Shown here one piece after another: positions 25,620-32,000 of a DNA stretch of 32,000 bases. A program made the translations under genes and the position numbers. The notes under the pieces were generated by a model. It was not told the origin of the DNA. It worked only from the letters and a program-made list of their open reading frames with translations, and did no database searches. Within the stretch, counting starts at the first letter, position 1, and every line of letters begins with the position of its first letter. This DNA is from Candidatus Saccharimonadota bacterium (lineage in GTDB: Archaea; Micrarchaeota; Micrarchaeia; Micrarchaeales; Micrarchaeaceae), in NCBI GenBank assembly GCA_021654395.1, contig AP024486.1:750001-782000 (forward strand), in the 5' to 3' direction.

Positions 25620-26425
25620 TTAACTGATAGCTGATCAGTTATGTATCTCAAGACCTCTACTGTTTCATCTACGCTATCTACCTTTATGCAGTCTATGCCT
25701 TCTTTTAATACATCGATATCATTTCCCATATCCTCAAGATCTTTCCCTATATATAGAACATGATCCTTAGTTATACCTAGCTGATTACATAGCTTTAGTA
25801 TAGCTCTACCCTTATTTGTATATGCTCTTGTTATGTCTATTGATGTGTATCCCCCTATCCTTATACTATAATCAGTAAGCAGATTCTGAAGTATGCTAGC
25901 GATCTTCTCTCTTTTACTTCTGTCTGGATCCCAGCTCTTTCTTATATCTATGGGGAAGCTCTTTGGAACTGCTTCTAGTGTAATCTGAGTCTGTCTATCC
26001 TGTATCTCATACTTATAGCTCTCTAGCTCATTCTTAAGTCCAGACTGCTCTATGGCCTTCTCTAATGCTGCCTTTATAAAGTCTTTCTCCTCTTTTAAAA
26101 GCACATCTTCATATATATTCTCATATGCTCCGTTATAGTATCTATATAAAGAAGCACCATTTGAAGCAAATACGTATATCTCAAAGCTTCTACTAGATAG
26201 AGTCAGTCTGCTTAAGAAGAACTCTATTATATTATCTATAGACTCTCCAGAGATTATTCCAAACTTACAGTATCTTAAAAGCTGATCAAGGGCAGCATTC
26301 ATATAAGGAGATATATATGTCTTTGAGTCTATTAAAGGCCCGTTTAGAGCAGATACCACTAGCTTCTTACTCCTTATACTTATCTTATCCATAGTTTCTA
26401 CAGTATATAAATTTTCTGCTGTCAT
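25610..26425 (-). CDS. HAD-IIB (phosphomannomutase-like) family protein with degenerate catalytic motifs
   Basis: IISGES (motif II), DRQTQITLEA......K.WDPD..KREKI, GGYTSIDIT...NKG and GNDIDVL match the HAD-IIB/PMM-like pattern. However, motif I reads VVSALNGPL instead of FDLDGTL. Confidence 0.7.
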   Translation of the reverse strand: MTAENLYTVETMDKISIRSKKLVVSALNGPLIDSKTYISPYMNAALDQLLRYCKFGIISGESIDNIIEFFLSRLTLSSRSFEIYVFASNGASLYRYYNGAYENIYEDVLLKEEKDFIKAALEKAIEQSGLKNELESYKYEIQDRQTQITLEAVPKSFPIDIRKSWDPDRSKREKIASILQNLLTDYSIRIGGYTSIDITRAYTNKGRAILKLCNQLGITKDHVLYIGKDLEDMGNDIDVLKEGIDCIKVDSVDETVEVLRYITDQLSVNYI

Positions 26426-26587
26426 TAAATATCTTTTTAGTATAAAGATTTATTAATCTAATATCAAAGACTTCAAAGAGGCTTAAACTAATATAAAATG
26501 GCTATCTTAGCTAGATTGAAATGCAGTAAACGCATTACATAAAAGATGTTTAAAAGATTTTACTATTAAGATCTTAATGGTGTTTAT

Positions 26588-26902
26588 ATGACAAAGATCC
26601 TAACTTTAATAGTTAGCGATGATAAGAAGAAGATTGAGATTGCATTGAACTTCTCTAAGAATATGAGAAGTAATGGACATGATGTAAGAGTCTTATTCTT
26701 CGGACCTAGTGAAGCAGTATTAGCTAATGATGCATCTATAGCGAGCAAGGTAGCGGAGCTATCAGATAAGCCCAAAGCCTGCGTCTTTGTAGCACAGCAG
26801 AACAGCATAGAGGATAAGCTTAAGGATAAGGCAGATCTTATAAGAGCTGGACAGTATATAGCTGAAAGCCTAGAGAATGGCTACTCAATAATATCATTCT
26901 AA
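26588..26902 (+). CDS. DsrE/DsrF-like (COG2044-type) small sulfur-relay-fold protein, paralog 1
   Basis: 104 aa; GH.VRV.FFGPSE..LA, a conserved Cys in KPKACV, and a C-terminal ...GY.II.F. Fold and family are assigned by pattern recall. Confidence 0.55.
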   Translation: MTKILTLIVSDDKKKIEIALNFSKNMRSNGHDVRVLFFGPSEAVLANDASIASKVAELSDKPKACVFVAQQNSIEDKLKDKADLIRAGQYIAESLENGYSIISF

Positions 26903-26959
26903 CAATTGCAAAGATTAATCTATCTTTCTTTAGTATATTAATTAGCTTATAGTGAGCTT

Positions 26960-27274
26960 ATGAGTAAGTTTCTAGCTATAATTATGAGCTATGATACAGA
27001 AAAGATTCAGCTAGGCTTGATGTTCTATCAGAATATGAAAATGGCGGGTCATTCAGTAAGAGTGGCTTTCTTTGGACCTAGTGAAAGAGCTTTAGCTGAA
27101 GATCAAGAGCTTAAAAAGATGGTTGAAGCACTTCAAGAGAAGCCCAAAGCATGTGTACTATGTGCTAAGCAGTATAGCATAGAAAATAAGATAAATGAAT
27201 TAGCAGATCTTATATTAGTTGGAAACTATATTGCAGAAAGCGTAGAGCAAGGTTATATAATAATAACCTTTTAA
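26960..27274 (+). CDS. DsrE/DsrF-like small protein, paralog 2
   Basis: 104 aa. It aligns with paralog 1 without gaps and is identical at about half the positions (56/104 by my hand count). It carries an extra Cys (KACVLCAKQ). Confidence 0.55.
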   Translation: MSKFLAIIMSYDTEKIQLGLMFYQNMKMAGHSVRVAFFGPSERALAEDQELKKMVEALQEKPKACVLCAKQYSIENKINELADLILVGNYIAESVEQGYIIITF

Positions 27275-27338
27275 CTATCTTAAACTAAAGGCTTTAATAT
27301 TTTTATTAATAAAGATTTAAGAACCAGATGTGTCCATT

Positions 27339-27677
27339 ATGGAGATTATAAATACGTCTGATGAAGAGGATTTTCCAAAGTATGTAAGTGTAGATGGTAA
27401 AAGATATAATCTACTTACAGGAGTATCTATAAGATGTATAGATAGAGGTAGGTTCTTATATAAGATAGAGCTTGCGCTAGCGAAGCCAACAAAGGTTAAG
27501 TATGCAGAGCCGTATATAATGCTCCGCTTAAAGACTAGTAAGAGTATGAAGAGTATAGATCCAAATCTTCTAAATGAAGAGGTATTTAACACCCTATCAG
27601 AGGCCATTCTAGATAACATTATATTAAGGGAGTTCTTCTTATCTCTAATTCAGAATTATCAGGGCATGAGAGGATAG
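27339..27677 (+). CDS. Hypothetical protein (112 aa), likely co-transcribed with the Mo-enzyme gene
   Basis: The stop lies 2 nt before the next start. Composition is protein-like, whereas the antisense ORF 27317-27619 is S/L-rich shadow-like. No motif recognised. The start is ATG 27339 or GTG 27330. Confidence 0.5.
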   Translation: MEIINTSDEEDFPKYVSVDGKRYNLLTGVSIRCIDRGRFLYKIELALAKPTKVKYAEPYIMLRLKTSKSMKSIDPNLLNEEVFNTLSEAILDNIILREFFLSLIQNYQGMRG

Positions 27678-27679
27678 CT

Positions 27680-28294
27680 ATGAATAATGATAAAGCTAGG
27701 CTTCCAAAAGGCCAGATACTAACTAGCAAGTTTCCTGTATTAAGCAGTACAGCAACTCCCAATATAGATATAGATAGCTATAGGCTTAGGGTCTTCGGAG
27801 TTGTTGAGAAGGAGCTAAATCTAAGCTTTAATGAGCTTCTCTCTCTAGGAGTTGAGAAGAGAATCTTAGACTTTCATTGTGTAACGCATTGGAGCAGATT
27901 GGGAGATACCTGGGAAGGAATCCCTCTAAAGAAGATATTAGATCTAGCAAAGCCGAAGGCAGATTATCTGATGCTTTACTCATCTTACTCTTATTATTCA
28001 GCAAATGTGCCAATGAGCTATATAGATGATAACGCTATGCTTGCTATAAGATTTAATGGTAAGCCTTTAGAGCCAGATCATGGAGGTCCTATAAGAGCTA
28101 TAATACCAACATTATATGCATGGAAGAGTGTTAAGTGGATCGATGGTATAGAGGTTATGAGAGAGAACAATCCAGGATTCTGGGAGCAGAGAGGCTATCA
28201 TCTTATAGGAGATTATACAAAGGAGCAGAGATATGCAGAGGGCATAAACTTTGTTAACAAGCTTCTATTCTTTAGGAGATCAAAAAGCGACTAG
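27680..28294 (+). CDS. Short sulfite-oxidase-fold molybdopterin oxidoreductase (YuiH/MsrP-like catalytic domain only)
   Basis: LP.GQ....FPVL, the Mo-ligand Cys in DFHCVTHWSRLGDTWEGIPL, NGKPLEPDHGGPIRAIIP.LYAWKSVKWI.GIEV and GFWE.RGYH..GD...EQRY. No signal or Tat peptide and no dimerisation or heme domain. Confidence 0.8.
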   Translation: MNNDKARLPKGQILTSKFPVLSSTATPNIDIDSYRLRVFGVVEKELNLSFNELLSLGVEKRILDFHCVTHWSRLGDTWEGIPLKKILDLAKPKADYLMLYSSYSYYSANVPMSYIDDNAMLAIRFNGKPLEPDHGGPIRAIIPTLYAWKSVKWIDGIEVMRENNPGFWEQRGYHLIGDYTKEQRYAEGINFVNKLLFFRRSKSD

Positions 28295-28818
28295 CTCTTT
28301 AGATAGATCTTATATATATCTGTATATAAAGGCCCATTACTTCTTAATCTGCTCTCTTTAATAGAGACATAGCTACATAAGAAGGATCTCTTGTAAGAGC
28401 TTAACTCTGCTAGCTTACTCTCATTAAGCATAAGCCTCTTCTTTGCTCTTAATACTGTTATATGCGCTCTAAACTCTTTATCTAAGTATCGATCTAGCTT
28501 CATATCTATTAGTATGCTCTCTATTGAAGCATAGATTCTATTAAGCTCTTCTGAATGAGCATTAAAGAAGTAGACTCTGCTATTAAAGCTGCTAAATCCA
28601 TCTATTGAGATACTAAATGATTTGAAGCTACTTAAATTATCTAGAAGCCTTTTATATAGATCCTCTATTAAAGAGTCCTTAATATCTCCTAAGAACGCTA
28701 GAGTTATATGAATATTATCTTTCTCTACAATCTTTCCGAATGCTTTCAGATCTTTAGATATGTTATATATCTCCTCTTTTATATTATCTGGTAGATCTAC
28801 CGCTATAAATGCCCTCAT
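28291..28818 (-). CDS. thpR: RNA 2',3'-cyclic phosphodiesterase / 2'-5' RNA ligase family (2H phosphoesterase, LigT/ThpR)
   Basis: 175 aa with two H-x-T-x motifs (NIHITLAFLG and RAHITVLRAK) at the expected spacing. It overlaps the upstream gene by 4 nt. Confidence 0.8.
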   Translation of the reverse strand: MRAFIAVDLPDNIKEEIYNISKDLKAFGKIVEKDNIHITLAFLGDIKDSLIEDLYKRLLDNLSSFKSFSISIDGFSSFNSRVYFFNAHSEELNRIYASIESILIDMKLDRYLDKEFRAHITVLRAKKRLMLNESKLAELSSYKRSFLCSYVSIKESRLRSNGPLYTDIYKIYLKS

Positions 28819-29477
28819 CTACTCTTTATATCCTTTACTGCTATAACTGCTTTATCGTTATTTATTCCTAGTATGCTGTTTAGCATACTCTTTGATAATG
28901 TAAGCGAGTTATAAAGATATGGATCATTTATCACAAAATCATTCTCAAAGAACTCTTTGACAATAACCCAGTGCGGGGTTGGATCCATACCTTCAAGATC
29001 TTCATGAAGCTTAGATAGATCAACAAGAACTATAGGTATCATCTTCTCTCTCATTATATTCTTTATAGTCTCTGCAGTTATATTCTTAACTATCTTCTCT
29101 TCTATATTGCTCTTAAGCGCTAGCTCCTTAATCTCTTTAAATGCAGCCTCTAGAGTTAATAGATTTATTCCATTATTTACAGCAATAGCTCTTTCATAGC
29201 CCTCATTCCTTATATTTGTTATTATCTTTACATTAAATCCTCTCTTGGCTAATGCATATGCTAATCCGTATCTAGATCCATGGATAACGCTGCCCTTCAT
29301 TGCATCCTGCCATATGCTATACTCTAAGCTCTTTAGCTTACTTTCATCTTGCTTTAGATACTTTCTCTCTCTATATGCAAGAAGCATTAGACCGCAAGCT
29401 CCTGCGCTTGTAAACTCTTCACTCTGACCAACTATAGGTATATTGAAATGCACACCTTTATTATAATGCTCTTCCAT
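28815..29477 (-). CDS. Papain-fold cysteine peptidase-like protein (peptidase C39-like), tentative
   Basis: Q-x9-C in VGQSEEFTSAGACGLMLLA and a downstream PHWVIV......FVINDP resemble the Gln/Cys/His/Asp arrangement of C39-like domains. No fused or adjacent ABC transporter. Confidence 0.45.
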   Translation of the reverse strand: MEEHYNKGVHFNIPIVGQSEEFTSAGACGLMLLAYRERKYLKQDESKLKSLEYSIWQDAMKGSVIHGSRYGLAYALAKRGFNVKIITNIRNEGYERAIAVNNGINLLTLEAAFKEIKELALKSNIEEKIVKNITAETIKNIMREKMIPIVLVDLSKLHEDLEGMDPTPHWVIVKEFFENDFVINDPYLYNSLTLSKSMLNSILGINNDKAVIAVKDIKSR

Positions 29478-29533
29478 ATAAACCCTAATTAACTATTAAT
29501 TTTATTTGATATAAATAGCTTTTTATTAGAGAT

Positions 29534-29622
29534 TGGTGCAGGGGGAGAGATTTGAACTCTCGCACCCACAAAGGGAACGGGGCCTAAACCCGCCGCATTT
29601 GGCCAGGCTCTGCCACCCCTGC
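29534..29622 (-). tRNA. tRNA-Leu (anticodon UAG), class II, with genomically encoded 3' CCA
   Basis: Minus-strand read: GCAGGGG-TG-GCA-GAGCCTGGCCAAA-TGC-G-GCGGG-TTTAGGC-CCCGT-TCCCTTTGTGGGTGC-GAGAG-TTCAAAT-CTCTC-CCCCTGC-A-CCA. All stems pair. Confidence 0.85.
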
Positions 29623-29691
29623 ATTGAATTACATTATACTATAGATACTTAAGAACAAAATATAATATAAGTTTAACCTTCTAACTTATAA

Positions 29692-30084
29692 ATGATCTTA
29701 ATGGATAGATGCCCATTATGCAATCTTGAAAGACCAGGAGAGGTAATACTCTATAAAGATGATAGGGTATTAGTTGTAGAAACAAAGAATAAGAAAGGAC
29801 ATAAAGAGAGAATAATGGTAGTTTGGAGAGAGCATAGAAGAGAGCTTAATGAAGAAGAGAAGAGCTATGCATTAAATAAGCTTATAGAGGTATCTAAGAG
29901 AGTATTCTCATATACTAAGTTCTTTGAGATCTATAATGATAAGTTGAGCAGCATAATGGAGCACTGGCATGTAATAGCAGCAGATATAAATCCAGATGCT
30001 GATGACTTCTTACAGGTATATCTTCAGACACCTAGAGATCTTTATTCTATAGATGGAAAGCTGATAAAACATATTGAAGTATAA
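29692..30084 (+). CDS. HIT-like (histidine triad fold) protein, tentative
   Basis: CPLC......I.YKDD.V.VV......KGH...MVV.REH and a later EHWHVIA resemble the HIT layout, but with only a two-His remnant of HxHxH. The start is 29692 or 29701. Confidence 0.4.
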   Translation: MILMDRCPLCNLERPGEVILYKDDRVLVVETKNKKGHKERIMVVWREHRRELNEEEKSYALNKLIEVSKRVFSYTKFFEIYNDKLSSIMEHWHVIAADINPDADDFLQVYLQTPRDLYSIDGKLIKHIEV

Positions 30085-30086
30085 TT

Positions 30087-32000
30087 TTATACAACTGGTC
30101 CTACTGTGTAAGATGGCTCTACACCATTCGGAGGATATGCTGGAGAGTAATAGTATATCGGATTATTACTGAATAGCGAAAAGTATGCCGGACCATTTTG
30201 ATTTATGTAATCATACTCAAATGCATAGTCTCCTGTTGATGTACTTGATGAGCAGTACTGTGTTGCTCCTTCTGCTTTCCATTCATTTATTAGGTTAGAA
30301 GGATTTGAGGTGCCACCCAACCAGCTTGTAAAGCCACCATTTAATGATTCATATCCTATCTCTGCACCATCATCTATTATAACGCAAAATGTTGTAGGTG
30401 TATTAATCTTTATGAATCCTATCTGCTTTATCACATATGCATCTCCTTTATTAGCTACAGGAGGATTTGGGAAGCTTGTACCTCCGCTATATGCATATTG
30501 ATAATTATCTATAACATAGTTCTCTGTATTTCCATCTACATCCTGCGTAGATCCGATATCTGATGTGTAGAATAGACCAGTGGAAGATGTAAATGTGCCT
30601 CCAGAGCTAATTGTATATCCATCATAAAGCTGTGCCTGATATATGCTGCTTGGTGATACCGAGCTTACGCTCGTACTACATGGACAGTAGTATATCTGAT
30701 AAATTAAGCCAGAGTTCATCACATTCTGAATATTATCGTATTCGCCAAAAGTAGGAGATAACTGGGCTGCTTCACCAACATTATTACCATTAAAGAAGTT
30801 AGTTGTTTTTGAACCAAATCCTATTCTTATCTGCTCTTGAGAGCTTGCATTTATCTTGTTAATCTTTACCCACCATGTACCTTTTATAGATACAGGCACA
30901 TTATAGTAGAATGCTGCTATTGCTACATAACCTCCTCCATTTAGACTTCCCGTAACTGTGTATGTGCCCTGAGAAAGCTTACATTCTGCTGCGAATATTG
31001 TTTCGTAGTTATCTCCGCCAATCTTAAACATCTCTGGTGTACATCCAGCTGGATAATTTACTGATGTACATGCGTACCAACCACAGGATCCTAGTATAAT
31101 TACATAATTAGCATTTGATGGGACATTAAAGCTCCATGAGAATGAACCAACTCCATTAAATGTTGTTGCTTGATCACTTACATATGGTATTGATGTAGAG
31201 AATCCTCCAACAACAATATCTGCAGCTCCAGAAGAGTCACTGCATGTCTGTGTAGTTTGTGTTCCTAGAGAGGCGTAAGATGATCCAGTAGTTACAATAG
31301 GACTCCATGAGACATAGCTTAATCCGCCATTACCATCGCCTCCAGCACATATGTAGTAATTATTAGATGGTAAGGTTGCGCTTGCTGAGTAGCCTCCAGT
31401 TGCATAATTATATCCAAAGCTTGCTTGATAGCTTTCGCTTAATCCTTCTAGCCATGATGGAATTACTGTGCCATTCGGATAGAAAAACTCTACATTCTGT
31501 CCAAAGTGGGCGCTAGACGTATTTATATAGCTCCATAACGCTGAAGAAGGAGTTATATTTATCTCCTCTTGAAATGGATTTGTAGTTGGCTGATTCTGAT
31601 TATTTGATATTGTTATATTAGCGTAGTATAATACTCCAGATGGTAGAGGTATCGTGGTAGTTGAGGTTGTTGAAGTGGAGGTTGTAGTGGATGTAGACGT
31701 CGTGGTAGAAGAAACCGAAGTTGTTGAAGTCGTTGATGTTGTTGATGTAGATGTAGATAATGTGGTAACAGTTGTAGATCCCGTAGTTGTAATTGTTATT
31801 ATACTAGTTGTAGTAAATGTAGATGTAGATGTCTGGAAGTTGCTATTTTGATTTAGTACTTTCTGAGAGAATGGCAGCACTAATGTTTGAGAGTAGCCAG
31901 TATCTAGGTTAGTATAGTTGACTGCAAGATAGCCGCTAAACTGTGAATTCCCTATAAGTGATATAGCTGTTCCATTAGAGTAGCATCTCGTAGCAAATGT
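30087..32000 (-). CDS. Large secreted/surface protein; the N-terminus lies beyond the window end (partial). Thr/Ser linker followed by Cys-containing beta-rich domains
   Basis: The track starts this ORF at GTG 31880, but I checked that the frame stays open to base 32000 (...TFATRCYSNGTAISLIGNSQFSGYLAVNYTNLDTGYSQTLVLPFSQ...). It contains a 60-aa Thr/Ser tract, a segment resembling DUF2341-type domains (GQNVEFFYPNGTVIPSWLEG ... TWWVKINKINASSQEQIRIGFGSK) and a C-terminal PA14-like stretch (GFIKINTPTTFCVIIDDGAEIGY ... YDYINQNGPAYFSLF). Confidence 0.7.
   Translation of the reverse strand, partial: TFATRCYSNGTAISLIGNSQFSGYLAVNYTNLDTGYSQTLVLPFSQKVLNQNSNFQTSTSTFTTTSIITITTTGSTTVTTLSTSTSTTSTTSTTSVSSTTTSTSTTTSTSTTSTTTIPLPSGVLYYANITISNNQNQPTTNPFQEEINITPSSALWSYINTSSAHFGQNVEFFYPNGTVIPSWLEGLSESYQASFGYNYATGGYSASATLPSNNYYICAGGDGNGGLSYVSWSPIVTTGSSYASLGTQTTQTCSDSSGAADIVVGGFSTSIPYVSDQATTFNGVGSFSWSFNVPSNANYVIILGSCGWYACTSVNYPAGCTPEMFKIGGDNYETIFAAECKLSQGTYTVTGSLNGGGYVAIAAFYYNVPVSIKGTWWVKINKINASSQEQIRIGFGSKTTNFFNGNNVGEAAQLSPTFGEYDNIQNVMNSGLIYQIYYCPCSTSVSSVSPSSIYQAQLYDGYTISSGGTFTSSTGLFYTSDIGSTQDVDGNTENYVIDNYQYAYSGGTSFPNPPVANKGDAYVIKQIGFIKINTPTTFCVIIDDGAEIGYESLNGGFTSWLGGTSNPSNLINEWKAEGATQYCSSSTSTGDYAFEYDYINQNGPAYFSLFSNNPIYYYSPAYPPNGVEPSYTVGPVV
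31653..31832 (-). repeat. Imperfect ACN/TCN codon repeat encoding a ~60-aa Thr/Ser-only linker
   Basis: Encodes TSTSTFTTTSIITITTTGSTTVTTLSTSTSTTSTTSTTSVSSTTTSTSTTTSTSTTSTTT. On the plus strand it appears as reiterated GTNGA/GTTGT units. Confidence 0.75.

Noticed and set aside
27317-27619. Minus-strand 100-aa ORF competing with the plus-strand 27339-27677 gene
   Set aside because: Its S/L/F-rich shadow-like composition argues against it. The plus-strand ORF has normal composition, shares orientation with its neighbours, and ends 2 nt before the next start.
1623-29427. Remaining 60-93-aa ORF-track entries embedded antisense or out of frame in longer genes (e.g. 1623-1850, 2688-2870, 4495-4707, 5511-5723, 6030-6308, 6566-6757, 7401-7586, 8583-8789, 13767-13955, 14968-15159, 16442-16630, 18287-18755, 23063-23412, 26584-26808, 27828-28013, 29245-29427, 30310-30501)
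   Set aside because: Each lies wholly inside a longer ORF with recognisable family motifs or better coding character. None has motifs of its own.
31654-31851. Plus-strand 65-aa ORF MVVEVVEVEVVVDVDVVVEE...
   Set aside because: It is the antisense reading of the Thr/Ser codon repeat of the large surface protein, a pure repeat artefact.
1-32000. CRISPR arrays, cas genes, rRNA genes, prophage or integrase signatures
   Set aside because: I saw no regularly spaced direct repeats, no Cas-like or integrase-like ORFs and no rRNA-like sequence. The largest non-coding gaps are under 210 nt.
1-32000. Striking abundance of the palindromic hexamers AAGCTT, AGATCT and GAGCTC in host genes
   Set aside because: This is explained by favoured codon pairs (AAG-CTT Lys-Leu, AGA-TCT Arg-Ser, GAG-CTN Glu-Leu) in an AGA/AAG/CTT-biased genome. 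It is not an independent signal, though it suggests these sites are not under restriction avoidance.

Overview
This is an AT-rich (roughly one-third GC by eye), very gene-dense archaeal chromosome segment. Archaeal markers include Spt4, RpoE', a PIN/Fcf1-like gene, aIF5A, S24e/S27ae, Sec61beta and SecE, SepF plus two FtsZ genes, an archaeal-type ProRS, and tRNAs with introns. A thermopsin-like (peptidase A5) protein, proteins with class-III (pilin-type) signal peptides, and Asn/Ser/Thr-rich surface proteins full of N-X-S/T sequons suggest an acidophile. It could be Thermoplasmata-like or ARMAN/DPANN-like, but that is inference only. I support about 47 CDS (two partial, at the window edges), 3 tRNAs (Ser-GGA, Cys-GCA, Leu-UAG) and one intact IS200/IS605 element (tnpA+tnpB). 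I found no rRNA, CRISPR array, cas genes or recognisable known defence system. No single region is demonstrably a new system from sequence alone. The best candidates for follow-up are: (1) the tnpA/tnpB element, whose terminal hairpins look like an omega-RNA scaffold pointing into the htpX promoter; (2) a tRNA-Cys with a 15-nt intron in the T-loop (59/60) whose bulge-helix-bulge reuses the T-stem; (3) a four-gene cluster of two DsrE-like paralogs, an unknown gene and a short cytoplasmic sulfite-oxidase-fold Mo enzyme; (4) a minus-strand surface-protein block at 20.9-25.2 kb plus a large partial secreted protein at 30.1-32.0 kb; (5) a nuoABCD module that stops without any membrane-arm genes; (6) a truncated NFACT protein next to an orphan MoxR ATPase. 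All family assignments come from motif recognition by eye and need HMM or BLAST confirmation.
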